Shown in pieces: positions 57,884-64,000 of a stretch of DNA of 64,000 nucleotides. Each line of letters begins with the position of its first letter. Positions within the stretch are counted from its first letter, which is position 1. The notes beneath the pieces are model-generated. The model saw only the letters and a list, made by a program, of their open reading frames with translations. It did not search any database and was not told the DNA's origin. Origin of the DNA: an uncultured bacterium (GTDB lineage Bacteria > Chloroflexota > UBA5177 > JANWHV01); assembly GCA_963827235.1 (NCBI GenBank), contig CAWHAE010000012.1, positions 512,001-576,000 on the forward strand, given 5' to 3'. The position numbers were made by a program, and so were the translations under genes.

Positions 57884-60601
57884 ATGTCCGGCTTTACCGA
57901 CCTGCGTAGCCAGTTCACCGGCGCCGAGCCGGCCCGCTCACTCACTCCGCTCTTCTGGGTCCGCGGCGAGCCGCCCGAGTTGCTGCTGGCCGAGATCGCG
58001 CGCATGGACGAGGCGGGGATGGCAGGTTTCGTCGTCGAATCGCGCACCCACCCCGAGTTCCTGGGCGATTGGTGGTGGCAAGACCTGGAAGCGATCGTCG
58101 ACGAGGCTTCCCGGCGCGATATGAAGGTGTGGCTGATGGACGACGAACACTATCCGTCGGGCTACGCAGCCGGGGCGGCGACGCGCCACCGGCCCGATCT
58201 GCTCAAGCGCTACCTGGCCGAGCGGCACGTCGATCTCCAGGGCCCGCTTCCCTACGCGAGCTTCGCGGTTGAGGAGATCGGGTCGCTGATCCACTCCGAG
58301 GAGCTGATCGCCGTAGTGGTCGGAAGGTGCCCGGAGCGCGACCGTGCCGCGGGCGAAGCCCGCTACGACGTCGTCGACGGAGAGTCTCTCGTGGACCTCA
58401 CCGAGTCGGTTCGCGACGGTATGCTCCGTTGGGCCGTTCCCGCCGGCGGCTGGCGCCTGTTCGTGATCGTAACAACGCGCGAAGGCGGCGAGCCATGGAC
58501 CCGCGACTTCATCGATCCGCTCAGCGAGGAAGCGGTCGACTTCTACGTCGAGACGGTCCACGCTGCCGTGCTCGCCCACCTGGGCCGGCACGTCGGAGTC
58601 ACTTTCCAGGGTTTCTTCACCGATGAGCCCCGGTTTGGCAACGCGCCGAGCTACGAAAGCATGCCCGGTGAGGAGGGCCAGGTGCTGCCTTTCACGCGCG
58701 GCTTGCTGGAGGCGTTCGCGCAGCGCGCAGGCTACGCTCCCCGACGCTGGCTGCCGGCGCTCTGGTACGACTGCGGCCCGCGAACGGACACGGTGCGCCA
58801 CGACTACATGGATCTGGTGAGCGCGCGTTTCGCGGACGTCTTCACGCGGCGCATCGGCGACTGGTGCCGGGGGCATGGCGTGCGCTTCATCGGTCATCTG
58901 GTCGAGGACAACGGCGCCCACGCGCGGCTCGGCTACGGCGCCGGGCATTTCTTCCGCTGCATGGCCGGGCTGGATATGGGCGGGCTGGACGTGGTGGGTT
59001 ACCAGGTTCGGCCGGGCTTCACCAGCGGGCACATGGCCTCTGCCTTCGGCCGGCTCGACATGAAGTTCTTCAACTGGGCGCTGGCCAAGCTGGCCAGCTC
59101 GGCGGCTCATCACACGCCGCGCATGGGTGGGCTGACCATGGCCGAGTCCTACGGCGCCTTTGGATGGGCCGAGGGACTCAAGATGTTGAAGTGGATCACC
59201 GACTGGATGTGCGTGCGCGGCGTGAACTTCATCGTGCCGCACGCCTTCAGCCCGGCCGCCTTTCCCGATCCGGATTGCCCGCCCCAGTTCTATGCGGGCG
59301 GTCACCATCCGCAATGGCCGTTCTTTCGAGACTGGGCCGACTATGCCAACCGTACCTGCCGGCTGCTCACCGGAGGGCAGCACGTGGCCGAGGTGCTGGT
59401 GCTCTACCCGGCGGAGTCGTCGTGGGCGGGTCCGGCAGACGGCTGCGAACATGCAGTGGCTGCGCTGGCCGAGGCGCACCTGGACTGCGATATCTGCTCC
59501 TACGATGACTTCTGTGACTCCGAAAGAGTGGGTATCTCGGCGGAAGGGCGGCTGATTTGTGCGGGCGAACAGTACAGTGCCGTCGTCCTTCCGGCCATGG
59601 AGCGAATCTCTCCGCCCGTGCTCGAGCGCCTCATCGCCTGCCGCGAGGCCGGGGTGCTGGTGGCCTGCGCCGGCGGCGTGCCTGTGCTCCCGTGCCGGGA
59701 CGACAATCGGGATGCCGTGGCACGGCTCTCCGCGCGGCTCGCCGAGCCGGCCGTGGGTCGGGCGCCGGCGCCATCTCCGCTCCCCGGTTATGCCGGACTG
59801 GGCCGGCTGCTGTGCGACGGCGGCCTGGGCGACGTGTCGCCCGAGGCAGCGGCCTCCGCTCTCCGGCACTATCACTACCGCCGCGATGGCACGGACATCT
59901 ATTTTCTCACCAACGAGAGCGTTGCCGAGACAGTGGACACTTGGGTCGTGTTTCGGGCCGGTGGCGTGGCCGAGCTCTGGGACCCGCTCACTGCTGTCGC
60001 CGGACCCGCCGTTGCCACCGCGACGGCCGGCGGAACTCGCGTGCACGTCCGGCTCGAGCCGTACCAGTCCACGTTCCTGGTCTTTGACACGCAAGGCTTG
60101 CCACGGGCGACGGCATCGGATCCGCGGCCGGCGGCACCGCCCGTGCAGTCACTCCCCGTGGAGGGCCCATGGCAGGTCGACCGGGCAGCAGCGGAGGAGT
60201 ATCCCGCGTTCACTGCCGAGCCACGCGTGCACGGCCTCGGGGACTGGACGGTGCACGACGGGCTGCGGCGCTTTGCCGGCACGCTGCGCTACCGTGCCAC
60301 GATCTCCATTCCCGATGTTTGGCGCGACCGCGCTGTAACGCTGGATCTGGGTGAAGTCTACGAGCTGGCTCGAGTGCGTGTGAACGGATTGCAACGCGGC
60401 GTCTGTCTCTGCCCGCCCTACCGCTGCCTGCTCGGCGCGGTGCCGCCCGGCGTGCATCTGCTGGAGGTCGAGGTCACGAACACGCTGGGCACGCAGGTGC
60501 TCGATCCCTTCTCCCGTGTGGTGGCCGGGGAGCCGTCGGGGTTGCTCGGCCCGGTCGAGCTGCGCCTGGAAGGGCCGGAGATCAGTGCGCGGCGTGCGTA
60601 G
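57884..60601 (+). CDS. GH106-like (alpha-L-rhamnosidase family) glycoside hydrolase
   Basis: PLFW, VESRTHPEFL, WLMDDEHYPSG, GFFTDEP, GHLVED, ESYGAFGW, LDLGEV, SGLLGPV. Confidence 0.8.
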   Translation: MSGFTDLRSQFTGAEPARSLTPLFWVRGEPPELLLAEIARMDEAGMAGFVVESRTHPEFLGDWWWQDLEAIVDEASRRDMKVWLMDDEHYPSGYAAGAATRHRPDLLKRYLAERHVDLQGPLPYASFAVEEIGSLIHSEELIAVVVGRCPERDRAAGEARYDVVDGESLVDLTESVRDGMLRWAVPAGGWRLFVIVTTREGGEPWTRDFIDPLSEEAVDFYVETVHAAVLAHLGRHVGVTFQGFFTDEPRFGNAPSYESMPGEEGQVLPFTRGLLEAFAQRAGYAPRRWLPALWYDCGPRTDTVRHDYMDLVSARFADVFTRRIGDWCRGHGVRFIGHLVEDNGAHARLGYGAGHFFRCMAGLDMGGLDVVGYQVRPGFTSGHMASAFGRLDMKFFNWALAKLASSAAHHTPRMGGLTMAESYGAFGWAEGLKMLKWITDWMCVRGVNFIVPHAFSPAAFPDPDCPPQFYAGGHHPQWPFFRDWADYANRTCRLLTGGQHVAEVLVLYPAESSWAGPADGCEHAVAALAEAHLDCDICSYDDFCDSERVGISAEGRLICAGEQYSAVVLPAMERISPPVLERLIACREAGVLVACAGGVPVLPCRDDNRDAVARLSARLAEPAVGRAPAPSPLPGYAGLGRLLCDGGLGDVSPEAAASALRHYHYRRDGTDIYFLTNESVAETVDTWVVFRAGGVAELWDPLTAVAGPAVATATAGGTRVHVRLEPYQSTFLVFDTQGLPRATASDPRPAAPPVQSLPVEGPWQVDRAAAEEYPAFTAEPRVHGLGDWTVHDGLRRFAGTLRYRATISIPDVWRDRAVTLDLGEVYELARVRVNGLQRGVCLCPPYRCLLGAVPPGVHLLEVEVTNTLGTQVLDPFSRVVAGEPSGLLGPVELRLEGPEISARRA

Positions 60602-61763
60602 CGCAGGCCAGGCACCTGTCGTTGCCGGTCCGGTCGGCGGCTACGAAGTACTCCCTGCCGAACAGATCGCGCAGCAGCGACGGCGGGAAGACGGAGGGCT
60701 CGATCGGGAACTGGGTGCGATGCGCCGCCAGCGCCATCGTTTTGGCATATGCGTAGGCTGAGACATCGACGCAGGTCGCGCCGGCGTCCCAGCCGTCCTG
60801 ACCTTGACCACCGTCTCCGGGCATCTGAGCAGGGCTAGCCTGGACGCCGCGGCCGGCGATTCGATCGGGCAGTCGAGGCGACAGCACGAGACAGGTGACT
60901 TCAGTTGCCGCCACCACGCGGGCGGCATGGCGCCCGCCTCGGGCCGTGGCGCGGCCGCCGAACACGTAACCCGGGCCTCGCCGGCCGGCGTCACGCGGCG
61001 AGGTTGGGTCGCCCTCTTCCCTGACCTCTACGCAACCCGAGAGAACCAGGTGCAGTGCGGCGCCGCCGTCGCCCGCGCATACGATCGGCATGTTGGGCGG
61101 GAACCAGCGTACCAGGCCATAATCGCCGGTGTAGCGCATGATTGCCAGGTCGTCGGCCAGCAGCGCCAGGACGTGGGCCAGGGCCGGACTCGTCTCGATT
61201 CCCGCCTGGCCCGACGAGAGCTCGCGCGGCAGCCACTCGGACAGCATCAGGCCGGCCTTGGGGAAGACGCTATAGTAGAGCCGGGGCGCGATGCCGCTAC
61301 GGGCTCCGGCTCCGTGAGCCTCGGCGTCCCCGGCCACCTTCCGGCAGGCAGCGGTGACCGCTCGACTGATCACCATGTGATCCGGATGCCCGTAGGCGCC
61401 GTCAGGGCCAAACGTGATTACCGCGCAGGGACGCAGCTCGCAGATCACCGTGGCGAGGTCGTCCACCAGTATGGTCCGTTTCACGGATTGCAGGGTGCCG
61501 TCGAGGTAGTCCATGCAGCTCACGTGCGCGACGCCGAGCAGGGAACAGGCTCGATGAAGCTCCTGTTCTCGCACGTTGCCCAGGGTTTGCGGCGTGGCCA
61601 CCCGTGCGTCCCGGATCTGCCCGGCATCGCCGCGCGTCGCCGAAACGACGGCGGTGACGCACCCGGCGGCCGCGCACCTGGCCAGCGTGCCGCCAGCGCA
61701 GAACACCTCGTCATCCGGATGCGCGAACACCCCGAGCAAGCGGGGGCGGGGCTGCGGTTCCAT
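60582..61763 (-). CDS. PIG-L/LmbE-family deacetylase with an inserted cyclic-nucleotide-binding-like domain
   Basis: AHPDDE, ATRGDAG, YGHPDH, AHRTQ motifs; insert FPPNMPIVCAGD...LHLVLSG.VEV...GPGYVFGG...RHAARVVA. Confidence 0.8.
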   Translation of the reverse strand: MEPQPRPRLLGVFAHPDDEVFCAGGTLARCAAAGCVTAVVSATRGDAGQIRDARVATPQTLGNVREQELHRACSLLGVAHVSCMDYLDGTLQSVKRTILVDDLATVICELRPCAVITFGPDGAYGHPDHMVISRAVTAACRKVAGDAEAHGAGARSGIAPRLYYSVFPKAGLMLSEWLPRELSSGQAGIETSPALAHVLALLADDLAIMRYTGDYGLVRWFPPNMPIVCAGDGGAALHLVLSGCVEVREEGDPTSPRDAGRRGPGYVFGGRATARGGRHAARVVAATEVTCLVLSPRLPDRIAGRGVQASPAQMPGDGGQGQDGWDAGATCVDVSAYAYAKTMALAAHRTQFPIEPSVFPPSLLRDLFGREYFVAADRTGNDRCLACATHAAH

Positions 61764-61895
61764 AGCGACTACTGCGACCTCCGGTGTACGTGGGGCTCGA
61801 GAGCGTCGTTCTCTGTCGGCCTCGTCTGCCGAAGCCCGGTCCGAAAGAACCGTGGCGAAAGACGACGGCTAGAGCCGGGTTCGATTCAAATCAGA

Positions 61896-63311
61896 CTAGG
61901 TCTGCTGAGGCATGCAACAGGCTTCGCGGGCGGATGCCGGAGGTGCCGAGCAAGGAAAAGGCAGCTCGGGCCAGACACGGGAATCGGGATCGGGCTCGTA
62001 CTCCCCGCTTGCCTCGCTCACGCTGTAGTGCCAGCCGGGTCCGTCGCGACGTACCGACTCCAGGGCGGCTACAAGGTAGTCGATGTCTTCATGAGTCGTG
62101 CCCAGACCAAGGCTCGCTCTGACGGCGCCGGGTACTCTATCCCGGTGGCTGGCCGCGATGTCGGCTCGAATCTGACCGGCATCCGCGTCGCTGATCTTGA
62201 TCAGGCTGGTCATGAGCGGATGAGCGCAGAAGCAGCCGTGCCGCACGCCCACCCCGTACTCGGCGCTGAGGATGGCAGCCAGATGACTGTGCCAGAAGCC
62301 GGCCAGGTTGAACGTGTGGATGCCTAGCGTGGGTACGCCGGCACGCGGCCACATGGCGTACTGCGTGATGCCGGGCACCTCCGAGAGCCTCCGGCGCGCA
62401 TAGGCGGACTGTTCGGCCTCTTCTGCCGCTACGCGGTCCATGCCGTACTCGCTGAGCGCGCGGCAGGCAGCGCCGATCGCCACGGCGCCAAGCACATTCG
62501 GGGATCCGGCCTCTTGCCGATCGGGCAGAGAGGTCCATAGCACGTCGTTCAGGGTGACGAACTCCACGGCACCGCCACCGAACAGGTGCGGCGGAGCTTC
62601 GCGCAGCCAGTCCGCGCGGCCGATCAGTGCCCCGGTACCAAAGGGAGCATAGAGCTTGTGGCCCGAGATCGCCAGGTAGTCCACGTTAAGGCGACGCATG
62701 TCGAGTGGCACGTGTGGAGCGAGCTGCGCGGCATCCACCAACACGCGGGCGCCATGTCTGTGAGCGACAACCGCGATCTGCTCGACCGGCCAGAGCTCCC
62801 CGGTGACGTTGGATGCGCCTGAAACGGCGACCAGCCGCGGGCTGGCCGGGAGGCTCTTCAACGTGTCTTCCAGTACTTGCGGCACGTCGCCCGGATCGCC
62901 CGGTACCGGCAGGTAGTGGACGCCGGCGTTACCCCTGCGCCACGGCAGCAGATTGGCGTGGTGCTCGGCGGCAAACGTCACCACGTGCGTGGAATTCGGT
63001 AGGCTGCTCGAAAGCAGGTTGATTGACTCCGTGGTGTTCCTGGTGAAGATCACGACGTCGTCCGGTCGGGCATTGACGAAGGCGTGCACCGAGTGCCGGC
63101 CCATCTCGTACGCCGCGGTCGATACCTGCGACTTGAAGCCGGCGCCGCGGTGGACGCTGCTGTACCAGGGCAGGAGAGCTTCGACGGCACGCACGACGTC
63201 GAGCAGAGCCGGTGTGCTGGCCGCGTAGTCCAGGTTCACATACCGGCAGGACTGCCCGGTAACCAGAGGTACCTGCTGGTCACTACCGACTAGAATGGGT
63301 CGCTGTCGCAT
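61896..63311 (-). CDS. Aminotransferase class V, cysteine desulfurase (SufS)-like
   Basis: YVNLDYAASTP, SSVHRG, EHHANLLPW, DAAQL, SGHK, EAGSPN, RHGCFCAHP. Confidence 0.9.
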   Translation of the reverse strand: MRQRPILVGSDQQVPLVTGQSCRYVNLDYAASTPALLDVVRAVEALLPWYSSVHRGAGFKSQVSTAAYEMGRHSVHAFVNARPDDVVIFTRNTTESINLLSSSLPNSTHVVTFAAEHHANLLPWRRGNAGVHYLPVPGDPGDVPQVLEDTLKSLPASPRLVAVSGASNVTGELWPVEQIAVVAHRHGARVLVDAAQLAPHVPLDMRRLNVDYLAISGHKLYAPFGTGALIGRADWLREAPPHLFGGGAVEFVTLNDVLWTSLPDRQEAGSPNVLGAVAIGAACRALSEYGMDRVAAEEAEQSAYARRRLSEVPGITQYAMWPRAGVPTLGIHTFNLAGFWHSHLAAILSAEYGVGVRHGCFCAHPLMTSLIKISDADAGQIRADIAASHRDRVPGAVRASLGLGTTHEDIDYLVAALESVRRDGPGWHYSVSEASGEYEPDPDSRVWPELPFPCSAPPASAREACCMPQQT

Positions 63312-64000
63312 CACGAGAACGGTCTCCTCCGGTTGGATGCCGGCCGCAGCGGCACAGTGCTCCACGGCGACGTGAGATGTGTCGAGAGGAGCTCCTGGCT
63401 GGAAAGCAGGCTGTCGATCACCATGGTCTGCGAGGCGCGTGCGTGGGCGACCATGACCTCGCGCGCTAAGTCCGCGTCGCCCTGCATGATCGCGCGCACC
63501 AGATCCTGGTGCTCCTGCACGTTGGCATCCGAGCGAGAGGTGCGCGCCAGACCCATGTGGTAGAGCCGTTCCGTCTGGTCGAGCACCTGCTCGAGCGTGG
63601 AAGTAAGCCGCCTGTTGCGGCTCGCGGTGGCGATGATGGCGTGGAATCTGGTATTGGCCTCCACGAATTGGGTAATGCTCTCCCGATCCTTGGGATCGTA
63701 GCCGATCGTGCTCAGCTCCATGAGCGTATGGAGCTGCACGGCGTCGGTGCCCAGGCTGGCGGCGAGGCGCGCCGCCTCGCCTTCCAGAAGGATGCGGAGC
63801 GAGAACCAGTCGCGAACGTCGTTGAGCGTGACGGGCGTCACGCGATAGCGGCGCTGGGTGGGCAGCTCCACGAGCCCTTCCCGTTGCAGCCAGCGCAACG
63901 CCTCGCGCACGGGCGTCTTGCTCAGGGCAAGGTCGTCGGCGAGCTGCGCTTCCGTGAACGGCATTCCGGGAGGCATCTCGAGCCCGATGATGCGGCGCTT
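63311..64000 (-). CDS. GntR-family (FCD) regulator, 5' end outside the window
   Basis: TEAQLADDLALSKTPVREAL..L..EGLV; NTRFH; EHQDL. Confidence 0.9.
   Translation of the reverse strand, partial: KRRIIGLEMPPGMPFTEAQLADDLALSKTPVREALRWLQREGLVELPTQRRYRVTPVTLNDVRDWFSLRILLEGEAARLAASLGTDAVQLHTLMELSTIGYDPKDRESITQFVEANTRFHAIIATASRNRRLTSTLEQVLDQTERLYHMGLARTSRSDANVQEHQDLVRAIMQGDADLAREVMVAHARASQTMVIDSLLSSQELLSTHLTSPWSTVPLRPASNRRRPFS

Noticed and set aside
57938-60094. 718-aa minus-strand ORF
   Set aside because: Antisense shadow of the GH106-like gene.

Overview
High-GC bacterial chromosomal DNA; gene content is compatible with Chloroflexota or a related terrabacterial lineage (inference). No rRNA, tRNA, CRISPR array, phage gene or transposase was recognised. 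The left ~21 kb reads as a c-di-GMP-linked surface/exopolysaccharide region. It holds a large secreted PQQ-type beta-propeller protein with lectin-like repeats (missing from the ORF track), two paralogous GT-C-type membrane glycosyltransferases, and a c-di-GMP-I riboswitch directly upstream of a secreted clan GH-A-like protein with a recently duplicated C-terminal domain. It also holds an O-acetyltransferase, a processive GT2 synthase with an N-terminal MshEN c-di-GMP sensor, and a sigma-28-driven chemoreceptor. AIM24, hcp (with a class II Crp/Fnr-type promoter) and a CHASE4/PAS kinase are interleaved. The rest is mostly carbohydrate catabolism: DUF1080, two Gfo/Idh/MocA oxidoreductases, two xylose-isomerase-like TIM barrels, GH78, GH32, GH106, an ADP-ribosylglycohydrolase-family fusion, two URO-D-like proteins, three ABC transporters, and AraC and LacI regulators with visible operators. 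The window ends in a GntR / cysteine-desulfurase-like / PIG-L-cNMP operon. All family assignments come from motif recognition by eye, not from database searches.
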